Of a DNA stretch of 64,000 bases, positions 44,121 through 54,207 are shown in pieces. Position 1 is the first letter of the stretch; each line of letters opens with the position of its first letter. Source of the stretch: a virus; IMG/VR virus record IMGVR_UViG_3300005563_000031, positions 32,001 to 96,000 of that record; one strand, given 5' to 3'. Both the position numbers and the translations under genes were made by a program. The notes under the pieces were generated by a model, which saw only the letters and a program-made list of their open reading frames with translations, was not told the origin of the DNA and did not search any database.

Positions 44121-44402
44121 CTAGGGCTTTTGCGCATTACGTTTGGTAGCGTTGTCCAATGCGTCGAGAAATGCTTCAGCGAGCGATATCTCGGGCTCCA
44201 CATAATCAGCAACCCACTCATCGTCGTGTATCAAACCGGATTTAACCGCTTGTTGGTATACGGGCAGCGTACGAAAATGATCGAGCTGCTTGAGTGGCAC
44301 TAACGCAAAAAACTCGCGCGACTTATAAGGCGGCAAGTCCCATGTGTGCTTTACCCAATCTGCGTTCTCAACAGAATTGTCCAACTCAACTACATCTACC
44401 AT
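44121..44402 (-). CDS. small protein downstream of MuF-ART (candidate immunity)
   Basis: 93 aa; ENADWVKHTWDLP. Confidence 0.55.
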   Translation of the reverse strand: MVDVVELDNSVENADWVKHTWDLPPYKSREFFALVPLKQLDHFRTLPVYQQAVKSGLIHDDEWVADYVEPEISLAEAFLDALDNATKRNAQKP

Positions 44403-44403
44403 C

Positions 44404-47400
44404 TCAATAACCGCCCTTGTACTTCGCGTTCTCTTCCAACTTCGCTTGTATGTAAGCACTCACATTACGCGCTGGTGTCTTATAGGAGCCGTGTGCATTA
44501 ACTTCTAGAGCGTCTGTTGACAACTCAACCGCTTTCATATCTCTGTGCGCCAATACGACTACTTCGTGCTCATTCGAGCAACCGTAGCCAGTACGGTAAC
44601 TACCAATTACTTGCGAAGCGGGCACACGCGTAATATACACATTGCCACTCCCTCCAAAGCCACTAGCAACACTTAAGCTCGTCGAGAACGAGCTCATTGG
44701 TTGCAACTTAACATTCCGGATGGACACCGCAGCTGCAGGGTCAATGTGCATGCCGCGCGCAACATACAATTCCGTAATGCCGCGCGAGGCCAACCACGAT
44801 TGCGTGTTGCGATACATACCGGCCACAAATTCTTTTAAACCCTCGTGCATTACAGTTGCAGGCACTTTATCTTTATAGTCATTGAGGTAAGTGCCCGACA
44901 CGGCTGATGCAGCATGCGTCATCAACGTTTCTGTAGATCCGTGCGATTGCAACGAGCCTAGCGCCGAAGTTGCAATCTCATTATCTTTCATACCAAACAC
45001 TTCTTTCGCCGCTAATTGCATAGCAACGGAAAGATCGTTGCTATCACCGGACGACGCAGCCCATGTTTGTACTAACTTAGCCTCAAGTGAATAGCCACCG
45101 CTCGAATCACTTTTAGCGTAAGCCTCTTTGAGCGCTTGGAAATTGGGACTGTCCTTTAATTCCCCCGCCAACTGTTTTTCAACCGATATCTTGTTACCTT
45201 TTGCATCCAAACTGTCCTTAGACAGCGCATTGTGTAGTTTCTCAAGACCTTCCGAGAAGGCGGATTTGCCCGACAACACATCCTTCGTATCAGCAGCAAA
45301 CTCGTGCACACCAATCGGTGCTACCCCCACCGCTGTGTCAGTGGGGATGCCTCGCGAGGATTCGGCACTTGGTTTACCAACACCTTCGCCTAAATGCGCG
45401 CTCGAAGTTACTTCGCTCGAGGAAATAGGTTTACCCGATGAATACAACGTGCCGGCCTTTTCCGCAGCCGTATCATTCTTCCACTGCGCGTAAGCAGCGG
45501 CGTTAGACATGCCCTTATTCAAATTCGCAACAAGGTTCTTATCCGCCTGGAACACTTGTTGTTCTTTGGGTGTTGATTTATCCCCGTGCGCTGCGTACTG
45601 CCACTCCGCCATCGCTTGCGCTTTGGTGTCTTTAAATGCCTTTATATCCGCTTCGGTGCCCGCCGACATATTCAAAGTAACCAACGCCACGTTTAATTTC
45701 GCAGCGTACACCTTGTCGTGCTCGGCGTTGGAGGAGGGTTGTACGAGGTGCGGTAGGTCCTCATACCCGGTCACAGGCTTAGCGGCTGCTTCAGGTTTTG
45801 CAGCCGGCACATCCTCTTTTGCACCCGCAACATGGCCAACACTTGTAGTGATAGGTTTCGCAGCACCCGCCGTACTCTTAACCTGATACGAGCCGTCCGG
45901 ATTTTTCGTAATCTCGAGCTTCCCATACTTACCTGCGTACTTGTCAGATTTGAGGTCTGAAAGCGCGGTTTTGAGGTTCGAGAGACTCGCGCCGGTTGCG
46001 TGCTGCAATTCGTCGAGTGTGAAGCTATGTCCTGAGGACAATAGCTCGTGCACACCACCCTTAGCACCTGCAACAGTCGTGGCAGTGGGTTTTGGCCCCT
46101 TATCGCTACCTTTGTCCTTCTCCCCGCCACCCGTGCCATCCGTGTACTGGTTGCCGTGGAACGGATGCCCATCCACGTCGCCTTTCATAACATGCGTCGA
46201 CAAATAAACCGGCTGCGAGATATCCCCGCGCATCCACTCAATAAACGCACCCCACGACAGCGACGATACAGGACCTAACTTCCAGCCAGCTTGGTAACTG
46301 CCAAGGTATGCTTGTACAGCCGCTTCTTTCGAATCGTACCCTAACAGGACCTTATGCTCATCAAATGTACCATCGAGTTTGAACTGGTCTACTATGTAGA
46401 CAGTGCCAGCCCACTCGTGGTCGGTGCCCGGTCGCACGAAAACATCCAGATGATCTCCATCCGCTCCTGTTGTCCGATTGAAATAGCCGTAATGCGCTTG
46501 TATCTCAGTCCAACCCGGCTTGCGCGGGGTCCCCGCCGGATTTTCGATCGCGATTGGCAGCCCACCGACGACGATGTGCCCCATCTTGTAGTTACCTGCG
46601 CGACGCTGCGCGCTAGTTGGTTCGGGGTGCGCGTTACGTGGCGACAGTGCAGCCTCATGGGCTTTATCATCTATCGGGTATTTGGTCAGCCCCGAAAGCG
46701 CTTTCGCTGCTGACGTTGGTGACTCGGGATCGTCTGCCAGCTCCTCGTCGTCGCCGGCTTCATGTCCTTCGCCATAATCGCTTCCAGTCGGGTTGATTCG
46801 AGGAAGTGTCTCGCTCTGGTCACGCTCGATTCCATCGGGGTCACGACGTGCACGGAGACGTTCCAACCGTGCGAAGATATCGCGTACCGCCTTGTGTAGT
46901 TCGCCGGAGGAAGGCTTACCAACAGCGCACCTGTCGCATTGGCTAAGACCGGCAGCCTTATCAACGGCCCCGCCGTCGTCTCCCTCATCGGGGCCGGCGC
47001 CGTCGTCCCCACCGTCATCGTCATCTTCCTCGTCTCCACCGGCTAAGTTAGATACCCAGTCGCACCAGCAATTTGGGTGGCCGGGTGGATAGTCGTAATC
47101 GTCGTCGTCGACAAAGTTATCATCTATATCAACCCAACCCGCTTCTGCTGCTTCCGAGCAGTAACAATCCTCATCCGGATCATGGTCCGCCGACAGTAAC
47201 CATTTCTTTTTGGTCGCACCGCCGGCTTTCATCGGCTCCACGCGCCCGTAACTGTGTGCGAATGCCAACTCTGTGTGCGCAATCATATCTGCACGTTGCG
47301 GGCTGAAAGCGTAGTTGGCTTGTAACTCCGCTGAGAATTCCTGCTTGCTCCATCCCTCCGTAAGCGCGTCCTCAATCGTACCGCGTACTTTGTCGCGAGT

Positions 47401-47856
47401 GGCTTCAGAGAGCTGCGTAATCAATTCCCCGCCCCGCTCCTCCGCGTACGCAACTGCGTCCTTATCGAGCACCTCAAGGATGTCTTTAGGATCTTGTGAG
47501 AAGGTCGTGATACGCTGCACTTCGGTGTAACCCGCTTTCTTAAAAGCTTCGATTACATCGGGTGTCAACACACCCTCCACGAGCGCAAAGTCCTCATCAG
47601 CAATAGCAGCTAGAATCTCCGCAACTTGCGAAGCGGGCACAACCGTGCCCATTTGCGTGACAATAGAACCGTCGGGCTGCAAACCGGGAGTGGGCGTACT
47701 GTCATCGTCGCCCTCAGCCTTACCTAACTTTGGATGCGGTCCTGCACCCGCGAGCGCTGCGCGCACGAGTGGAAACAGCTTGTCCGTCAAACGCTCGCCG
47801 AGCGCTGTGAGCTCGCGGTTAAGGTTCTGTTTTGTAGACGGCGCGGCCAAGAGCAC
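44404..47856 (-). CDS. MuF head morphogenesis protein fused to pyrophosphatase-like and ADP-ribosyltransferase domains
   Basis: RADMIAHTE, PPGHPNCWC; AGNYKMG..IENPAG..HYGYF..DGDHLD..FDEHK; YVARGM / SSFSTS / EHE. Confidence 0.85.
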   Translation of the reverse strand: MLLAAPSTKQNLNRELTALGERLTDKLFPLVRAALAGAGPHPKLGKAEGDDDSTPTPGLQPDGSIVTQMGTVVPASQVAEILAAIADEDFALVEGVLTPDVIEAFKKAGYTEVQRITTFSQDPKDILEVLDKDAVAYAEERGGELITQLSEATRDKVRGTIEDALTEGWSKQEFSAELQANYAFSPQRADMIAHTELAFAHSYGRVEPMKAGGATKKKWLLSADHDPDEDCYCSEAAEAGWVDIDDNFVDDDDYDYPPGHPNCWCDWVSNLAGGDEEDDDDGGDDGAGPDEGDDGGAVDKAAGLSQCDRCAVGKPSSGELHKAVRDIFARLERLRARRDPDGIERDQSETLPRINPTGSDYGEGHEAGDDEELADDPESPTSAAKALSGLTKYPIDDKAHEAALSPRNAHPEPTSAQRRAGNYKMGHIVVGGLPIAIENPAGTPRKPGWTEIQAHYGYFNRTTGADGDHLDVFVRPGTDHEWAGTVYIVDQFKLDGTFDEHKVLLGYDSKEAAVQAYLGSYQAGWKLGPVSSLSWGAFIEWMRGDISQPVYLSTHVMKGDVDGHPFHGNQYTDGTGGGEKDKGSDKGPKPTATTVAGAKGGVHELLSSGHSFTLDELQHATGASLSNLKTALSDLKSDKYAGKYGKLEITKNPDGSYQVKSTAGAAKPITTSVGHVAGAKEDVPAAKPEAAAKPVTGYEDLPHLVQPSSNAEHDKVYAAKLNVALVTLNMSAGTEADIKAFKDTKAQAMAEWQYAAHGDKSTPKEQQVFQADKNLVANLNKGMSNAAAYAQWKNDTAAEKAGTLYSSGKPISSSEVTSSAHLGEGVGKPSAESSRGIPTDTAVGVAPIGVHEFAADTKDVLSGKSAFSEGLEKLHNALSKDSLDAKGNKISVEKQLAGELKDSPNFQALKEAYAKSDSSGGYSLEAKLVQTWAASSGDSNDLSVAMQLAAKEVFGMKDNEIATSALGSLQSHGSTETLMTHAASAVSGTYLNDYKDKVPATVMHEGLKEFVAGMYRNTQSWLASRGITELYVARGMHIDPAAAVSIRNVKLQPMSSFSTSLSVASGFGGSGNVYITRVPASQVIGSYRTGYGCSNEHEVVVLAHRDMKAVELSTDALEVNAHGSYKTPARNVSAYIQAKLEENAKYKGGY

Positions 47857-49516
47857 CGCGCGCTTTAGTGGTGTTGTACCAATTCGTCGCCTTCTTGTAG
47901 CGAAAGGGGCCAGCCTTCCTCAGGCCGCCTCCTTTATCGTGTTTGGTTGGTGACAACGGCTCCGCCGGCCGGTGGGTGGTAACATCGACGTTACCGAGAT
48001 CTGGTTCACGCTCCTGGTCCGCTTTCGCGTTGCCGAGCGACTCGCGTGGCAGCAGCTTGGCGGGCTTGGACTTGGGCGCCGGCCCAATCGGCTCACCCGT
48101 TTCCGGATGTGTGGCTTGCGGCGGCCCGTGATCCATTGGTGCAGGCGTCGGAGGCGGCGCTTGCAAGTTAGGTGCGGTGCCGTCGACATACATCGACACC
48201 GGGATGGGACCTGAGGCAAGGAAGATCATCGGCGCCACACCAAGCGGCTTAAGGCCGTCGCGCTGGCGGATCTCATCGATACCAATAACACCCTTCGACA
48301 ACTTTAGATCGTCGATTTGGGCCTGGGTATGGGGATCGTTTTCCTCCTCCATATCCCATCTAAACTCGATGCCATCCAACTTCATCGTTTGCGCAAGGAC
48401 GAAGTCCATGATGTCTTTCATAAACATCAAGGTGGGCGCCAAGCCCTCATCCCGCGCCGTATCCTCTGCGGATTCGGCCGTGGCCCTATTTACTTGCGCA
48501 ATAAAGGGTGTTGGGGCGATGCCGAAAAGGAAACAGAGGATACGCGCGATCCATTCGTCGAAGGGCGTTTTTAACAACGCCTCCTCAGACGTAAACTCCT
48601 TCATGTTCTTCGCCGCTTCGCCGGGCACAAACCAAATCTTGCGCCGTGCTCCGGTATCGCCCGCGAGGATGCTGTCGAAGGTTTCTTGAAACTGTTTGAT
48701 TGTTTGTGCAGGCCACGTTTCAGGCACGCCCACAAGCGCTGCCGGCACGTTGCCGTCAGTGAAAAACTGCAGTTGGCTTGTTTCACGACGCAGACCAATC
48801 TGTATCGTCACGAGTGCCTGTTCCACTTTACCGAGCCCATACACACGATCGCTCGCTGGATTCGAGATAAAGTACAGCAACTCGTCTTTGAGGAAATCCG
48901 CTGTTGGAATGCCGTGCAGGACTTGCTGGTAGGCGGGGAACGGGGGCTCTGGCGTACGGCCTGACTCGTCAATCACGAGTTTGATCGTAGCGGGGTCAAT
49001 GCGCTCGAGGCGCAACAGCTGCTTACCCTCATACACCGGCCACACCGCGATGGCATCGAGGACCAACATGTCCTCAATCAACGACCGCAGCCACACATTC
49101 CAGCTCATGCGCCCGTCGGGATAGCGGAGGAACTTCTGCGCCGCCGCACAACGCTGTGCCAGTGCATCCGCGAGCGCCGTGTCTTTCTTCGCCGCTTGTG
49201 CAGCCGCATCGGTTGGTGTAATCGACCAGCCGAAGGTTACAATTTGATCTTTGCGCTTCTCGATAAGCAGGCGAAGGATGTCGTAGTACTTCGCAAAGTT
49301 GCGCAGCGTTTGAAAATCGATGCCTGAGTCGCGGCGCGGGCGCGTCGCAATGTTATAGCCGGTAAGATAGTCAAACCGGCGACCAGCCGTGTCTTGCTGC
49401 TGCGGAATTGGCGGGTTCTGCGGGGAGAAGTAGCCGCCTTGCAGGCCGTAGGTAACAGCTTGTGTTAACCGCTTCGTGAAGCCGGTCGGGGCCAATGACC
49501 GCACATCGTAGGCCAT
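47819..49516 (-). CDS. portal protein
   Basis: IEDMLVLDA, IDPATIK, AYQQVLHG, YGLGKVEQ, VNRATAE. Confidence 0.9.
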   Translation of the reverse strand: MAYDVRSLAPTGFTKRLTQAVTYGLQGGYFSPQNPPIPQQQDTAGRRFDYLTGYNIATRPRRDSGIDFQTLRNFAKYYDILRLLIEKRKDQIVTFGWSITPTDAAAQAAKKDTALADALAQRCAAAQKFLRYPDGRMSWNVWLRSLIEDMLVLDAIAVWPVYEGKQLLRLERIDPATIKLVIDESGRTPEPPFPAYQQVLHGIPTADFLKDELLYFISNPASDRVYGLGKVEQALVTIQIGLRRETSQLQFFTDGNVPAALVGVPETWPAQTIKQFQETFDSILAGDTGARRKIWFVPGEAAKNMKEFTSEEALLKTPFDEWIARILCFLFGIAPTPFIAQVNRATAESAEDTARDEGLAPTLMFMKDIMDFVLAQTMKLDGIEFRWDMEEENDPHTQAQIDDLKLSKGVIGIDEIRQRDGLKPLGVAPMIFLASGPIPVSMYVDGTAPNLQAPPPTPAPMDHGPPQATHPETGEPIGPAPKSKPAKLLPRESLGNAKADQEREPDLGNVDVTTHRPAEPLSPTKHDKGGGLRKAGPFRYKKATNWYNTTKARGALGRAVYKTEP

Positions 49517-49528
49517 GCGTAAATCCTT

Positions 49529-50020
49529 CTACTGCAGTTGAATGGCGACGAGCGCGGCATTCCGTCCATTGTTCGGGGAGATTGTACCGGCATTAGACAA
49601 GTGTGCATAGTCAATCGAGCTAATGCGGTGCCAGTTAAACTCGTAGGATAATCCTAGATTAAAGTTTGTGTGAGATCCATTAAGCGTGTCAATTCGCTGA
49701 ACGTATGCTGCTCCGATGTTGGCACATACGTTCCAACGACACGTGCGCAAGCCTGCGTGCCAGTCCCAGTTGTTGCTCGTGAGTCGGTTCTCGCCCCACA
49801 ACAAGGTGCCCGCATAAAAATCCAGTTGCGGGCCCAGCGCGTGTCTCGCATCGATTCCAAGTACCGGTGCGGCGCCGCCGGGGCCAAAGGCGGATCCTCC
49901 GCGTAAGTAAACGTGCGTATCCTCAGCATGGGCGCTCCGAATAAACCAAATCACGAGTATCGTGATAAACACGATGACGGCTATGTAGGCCCCGCCCCGA
50001 TTACCAATTGGAAAGCGCAT
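49529..50020 (-). CDS. PagL-like lipid A deacylase / acyloxyacyl hydrolase beta-barrel
   Basis: N-terminal signal/TM ending AHA; LNGSHTNF; HLSNAG...NNGRN. Confidence 0.75.
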   Translation of the reverse strand: MRFPIGNRGGAYIAVIVFITILVIWFIRSAHAEDTHVYLRGGSAFGPGGAAPVLGIDARHALGPQLDFYAGTLLWGENRLTSNNWDWHAGLRTCRWNVCANIGAAYVQRIDTLNGSHTNFNLGLSYEFNWHRISSIDYAHLSNAGTISPNNGRNAALVAIQLQ

Positions 50021-50044
50021 GCCGCACGTCCTTGTGTGCTTTAG

Positions 50045-50227
50045 TTATTTGGGCGGGTGGATTGTAGGCACTTCTACAACAGATACAACTACACGTGTTG
50101 GAACAGTGATTTTGATAATGCGAGAATGGCGGCGTTTCCACCACCACTCCCACAGTTTGCGTGCAATGAAGCCAAGGACGCCGCTAAGTACGCTCGATAA
50201 CACGTACCCCCACAGCGTCGAGTGCAT
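50045..50227 (-). CDS. small membrane protein
   Basis: 60 aa, one TM; TAATG overlap. Confidence 0.5.
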   Translation of the reverse strand: MHSTLWGYVLSSVLSGVLGFIARKLWEWWWKRRHSRIIKITVPTRVVVSVVEVPTIHPPK

Positions 50228-50568
50228 TACTGCACCGTGACGCTGACGGCGGACGGCACGGTGATGCTGACTGTCGTCGGGCCGCCGCCTGTGCCTTGCA
50301 CAGTAAAGGCCTCCGATACAGCGGGCGCGCCGAGCACGTTGCCGTTACTGTCCTGGCGCGCGACAGATACGGTGTAGGTACCGTCGGGCACGGAGGGGAA
50401 GGTCACGATGGCTGAGGTATCGCCGGGACCGGGTGCGGCGGATTGCTGGGTAAGGACGTTGTTAGAAGCATCAATCAGCGAGGCAATAAGGCCTCCTGCA
50501 ATGGTGCCCGCTGCAAAGTCTTGCGGCGTAAGAGTAATGGCGACTACTGCATCCATGTATAGCTCCAA
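50227..50568 (-). CDS. stand-alone Ig/FN3-like protein resembling the GH5 C-terminal domain
   Basis: VTFPSVPDGTYTVSV, TTVSITVPSAVSVT. Confidence 0.65.
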   Translation of the reverse strand: MELYMDAVVAITLTPQDFAAGTIAGGLIASLIDASNNVLTQQSAAPGPGDTSAIVTFPSVPDGTYTVSVARQDSNGNVLGAPAVSEAFTVQGTGGGPTTVSITVPSAVSVTVQ

Positions 50569-50634
50569 AGGAAGGTTAGATTAGACAAGTCTACAGGTAA
50601 GAACCCGTGCTTAAGCCTGTGCAGTCTAACACCG

Positions 50635-50967
50635 TTACTGGGTACGAACGGGAAGGATTGCGCCCATCACGAGCACTTTCTCTACATTCGACGTCAGCAC
50701 CTCGACCACAATGTCGTAATCCACCCCGTCGAGCCCGTCTTTAACCGGCACAAACACGACCTTGTTGGTCGCATCGAAACTGGCCGGGCCGTTAAAAATG
50801 TTGGTAGGTGTCGGATCACCCCCAGTATGGTTGCTGTAGTCCACGCGCACGGTAACAATCGGCGTGCCGGTAAGTGTTTCGAGCGCAGCAAGACCTTGCG
50901 TAAAATCAAATGTCAACGGCAACTTCTCAATCGGATCTTTTTCGTCAAAACGTTGTTTAGTTGGCAT
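50635..50967 (-). CDS. fibre adaptor-like virion protein
   Basis: KDP.E...TFDF...L...ETL...G.DGVDY. Confidence 0.65.
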   Translation of the reverse strand: MPTKQRFDEKDPIEKLPLTFDFTQGLAALETLTGTPIVTVRVDYSNHTGGDPTPTNIFNGPASFDATNKVVFVPVKDGLDGVDYDIVVEVLTSNVEKVLVMGAILPVRTQ

Positions 50968-50971
50968 GTAC

Positions 50972-53323
50972 TCAGTCCCTTGAGAACCAATCCGAATTTC
51001 CAAAGTACGCTATGCGCTTTAACTTTGGCATCGCTGCCACAAAACCCGGAACCGGCACAAAAAGACTCGATGCCAACACGGCAGACGCGTAGCCGTTAAA
51101 GGTAATCGAACCGGCGCCAGGTATAATGGTAACCGGCGCAATCATAACAGGGGCTGCGCCCGTTAAGCCAATCGTACCGGCATTCGGCGTAATTCTCGTA
51201 TCTGAAAGCGTTGAAACCGCTACGACTTGTCCGGTAATCAACAAATTACCAACACCCGGAACGAGTCGCGTATCCGCTACGCGAACAACAGGCAAGCCGG
51301 TAATCGCGATAGTGCCGGCATTCGGCGTAATCGTCGTAGCACTACCAAGCTGCGGCGCTTGGCCTGCGAGAACAATGGTACCTGCGACGGGCGTGATAAC
51401 TACAGGCGCCATAACTTGCGGCGCGTTACCTGCCAGCGTAATCGAACCCGCATTAGGTACGATAACGGTTTGGCCGCCGAGCTGCGCCAGCTGTCCTGAG
51501 ATCGTAATAGAGCCGGTCGCGGGAGTAATCGTTACTGCCACGCGCGTCGTTGGGATTTGCCCGGTAAGGGCTATAGCGCCCGCCGCCGGACGCAACGTTA
51601 CAGACAGCAACAATGCCGGTGCCGCCCCGGACAGCGTAACGCTGCCGGTGCTGGGCGTAATGAGGATTGCCCCACCGATCTGCGGAGCTTGCCCGGTAAG
51701 GGCTATAGCGCCCGCAGCGGGCGTAATAATCGTGGGCACGAGTAGTTGCGGTACGCCCCCCGCCAGCGTAATCGAACCCGTATTAGGTATGATCAGCGTT
51801 TGGCCGCCGAGCTGTGGCGGAGCGCCGCCGAGCGCAATCGAGCCGGTCAGCGGCTGTAGAAGCGTTCCTACGATGCGCGTGGGCGCTTGGCCTGCAAGAA
51901 CGAGCGCAGCACTACCCGGCTGCAGCACCGTACCTGTACTTAACTGCGCCGCTTGACCTGTGATAGCAAGTGAGGCAGCGGCGGGCTGCAACACTGCACC
52001 TACGATTCGCTGCGCAGCTTGTCCCGTTACCGCAATGGCGGCTGCCGCCGGTTGAATAGTAGTGCTTGAGATTGTCTGCGCCGTCTGTCCTACTATCGCA
52101 ATCGCGCCACTCGACGGTTGCAGGAACATATCCGCCACGCGCTGCGCACTTTGTCCGGCAAACGCAATGACACCCGCCTGCGGCTGGATTAGCGTATTGC
52201 GAATCTCTGTAGGCACTTGGCCTGTGAGCGTAATGCTGCCAGCCGCAGGCGTGATGGTGGTGTTGGCCGACACCGTAACCGTCGGTGCATAGCCTGTAAT
52301 CGTGATGTTACCGGCGGCGGGGGGCGCAACCGTCAGTGTTTGAATCGAAATAAGACCTGCAAGAACGAGCGCGCCCGCATTAGGTGTAATGGTCGTGTTG
52401 GTATTATTGGTAATAGCGGGCGCTTGGCCTGCAATCGAGATAGTACCGGCGCTCGGTTGTAAAATCGTGCCTGATACAACGGCGGGCGCATTACCTGCCA
52501 GCGTAATCGCGCCGGTATTAGGTACGCGAAGTACGCGAGTAACGAGGGGTGTTTTGCCTGTGATGGAGATCGCACCTGCACTAGGTGTGATCGTTGTGTT
52601 GCTCGGTATGGTGGTGGGTGTTTGCCCCGTGATCGTGATCGCGCCCGCATTTGGCGTAATCGTTGTGCCGCTCGTAGCTTCTTTGAAGAAGGCGGCGAGC
52701 GATGCGAAGTTGTTCGAACCGCCACTATTCGAGAACGTAGCCGCAATCGCTGTCAGCGCGGTGTAACGCTTACTCTCAGAAACGGCTGTATTGCTGATTG
52801 TGAAAGTCCAGCCGTTGATTCCAGCAGTAAAGCCTGTTCCCGCTGCAGGCAGGTTAAAGTTAGAAGTACACACGCCCAGCGCCGACAAGAGCCCCGGCTG
52901 AGTGTTGGGCGCGGCCGTGCCGGTTGTTACGTTGTCAGTGCCGTTGCCCAGCCCCGTTTGCAGTGCCGTTTTGTGCTGGGCGTCGTAACCAGAGGTGCCG
53001 CCGATCTCGCGGATCCAGATCGCAAGAAACCCAACCGAGACGTTAGGAGTTATCGTAACAGTAGGTGTGCCAGCCGCAGTATTGTCGAACTTGAAGTGTG
53101 CGAGCCGCTGTGTGTCACCGTTTTGATCGATCGTATCAAGCGCGGTGCCGTACGATCCATTAACACTGTCAGAACACGTGAACGATGTTGCAGTATCGAC
53201 AGCGGAGCAGAACACATGGATCGAACTGCCTGGAGTAACAGCGCTCGAAAACGCCAACTGAATGTTAGCTGCATTGGCTGAGTTATTCGACGCCTGCCGC
53301 TCTTGGAGGACGCTGATAGTCAT
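50972..53323 (-). CDS. repeat-rich fibre-like virion protein
   Basis: more than 20 tandem ~22-25-aa repeats of I.P..G.I.L.G..P. Confidence 0.75.
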   Translation of the reverse strand: MTISVLQERQASNNSANAANIQLAFSSAVTPGSSIHVFCSAVDTATSFTCSDSVNGSYGTALDTIDQNGDTQRLAHFKFDNTAAGTPTVTITPNVSVGFLAIWIREIGGTSGYDAQHKTALQTGLGNGTDNVTTGTAAPNTQPGLLSALGVCTSNFNLPAAGTGFTAGINGWTFTISNTAVSESKRYTALTAIAATFSNSGGSNNFASLAAFFKEATSGTTITPNAGAITITGQTPTTIPSNTTITPSAGAISITGKTPLVTRVLRVPNTGAITLAGNAPAVVSGTILQPSAGTISIAGQAPAITNNTNTTITPNAGALVLAGLISIQTLTVAPPAAGNITITGYAPTVTVSANTTITPAAGSITLTGQVPTEIRNTLIQPQAGVIAFAGQSAQRVADMFLQPSSGAIAIVGQTAQTISSTTIQPAAAAIAVTGQAAQRIVGAVLQPAAASLAITGQAAQLSTGTVLQPGSAALVLAGQAPTRIVGTLLQPLTGSIALGGAPPQLGGQTLIIPNTGSITLAGGVPQLLVPTIITPAAGAIALTGQAPQIGGAILITPSTGSVTLSGAAPALLLSVTLRPAAGAIALTGQIPTTRVAVTITPATGSITISGQLAQLGGQTVIVPNAGSITLAGNAPQVMAPVVITPVAGTIVLAGQAPQLGSATTITPNAGTIAITGLPVVRVADTRLVPGVGNLLITGQVVAVSTLSDTRITPNAGTIGLTGAAPVMIAPVTIIPGAGSITFNGYASAVLASSLFVPVPGFVAAMPKLKRIAYFGNSDWFSRD

Positions 53324-53330
53324 ACGTCTT

Positions 53331-54113
53331 TTACGCCCCCTTCAGCGCCATACCGATCGAGACATAGCTCTCGGCGGCCTTTTTGGAGGTGTAGGTCATC
53401 GCTCGCGTACCCAAATTACTGCTGTACAGGTATTCGGGCTGACACGCGGGACCAACAAACGAATTCTCGATACCGCTCCAATTCGTAGTGCCGCTGTTGA
53501 CCGCTGTAAATCCTGTGCCGCAGTTCGGCGAACCCACACCGCCGCCGTTCGCTGTGTTTTGATCTGTGCCGTTGAGGCAATGTCCGATTAAAATGCCTGC
53601 ATTCGAGCCGCCCGCAATATTGCCTGTGGTAAGGAAATCATTTGCCGTAGTCGTTGCTGTCTGCACGCTCCCGTTCCAATCAAGCGGCGCTTGATTCGCC
53701 AGCCCCGACCACTCCATAATCAATAAACTTTGCCACTCGAGATACGGAAAAGTTGCCGTAATCGTTTGCGCCCCTCCCACTGTAATGCGCGGCATAAAAA
53801 AGGCGTACACTGACATGTTGGCGGAGGCATCGAGATCGTCTATGCGGCCCGTGGCTGAGGGGAACGTGTTGCCGAGGTTATCGGTGAAGGACACCGTGCC
53901 GCCGGGATTCGTTGCGGCATTGAAATGGCAGACAAGGATAACAAGAGAATTGCCGACCGTGATGTTACCCGGCAATGAGATTGTGCGGGTCAAACTCTGC
54001 GAGTTATCCGGCGGCGAGGCGGTATTTTGCCCCGGCCACCGGTTATCTACCTGCTGTACTAACGCGGGCTGCGCAACGACCGGCGGCAGGTTGTAGGCAA
54101 TATTCCAGCCCAT
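53331..54113 (-). CDS. virion beta-rich protein related to the N-terminal domain of 50972..53323
   Basis: shared V.GNS..V / TD..GN.Y / G..T.T.T / GTGFTA pattern. Confidence 0.65.
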   Translation of the reverse strand: MGWNIAYNLPPVVAQPALVQQVDNRWPGQNTASPPDNSQSLTRTISLPGNITVGNSLVILVCHFNAATNPGGTVSFTDNLGNTFPSATGRIDDLDASANMSVYAFFMPRITVGGAQTITATFPYLEWQSLLIMEWSGLANQAPLDWNGSVQTATTTANDFLTTGNIAGGSNAGILIGHCLNGTDQNTANGGGVGSPNCGTGFTAVNSGTTNWSGIENSFVGPACQPEYLYSSNLGTRAMTYTSKKAAESYVSIGMALKGA

Positions 54114-54207
54114 CACGACTAACTCCAATAGTAGGCGAACGTGCATAGCGCATCACTACGCACGCCTCCTACCTAACCCACAGACTTAAGAGGCGTGCGC
54201 CGCCTAC

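Noticed and set aside
51100-52660. CRISPR array or DNA tandem repeat
   Set aside because: Repeats are degenerate at the codon level and explained by protein repeats; no repeat-spacer structure or cas genes in the window
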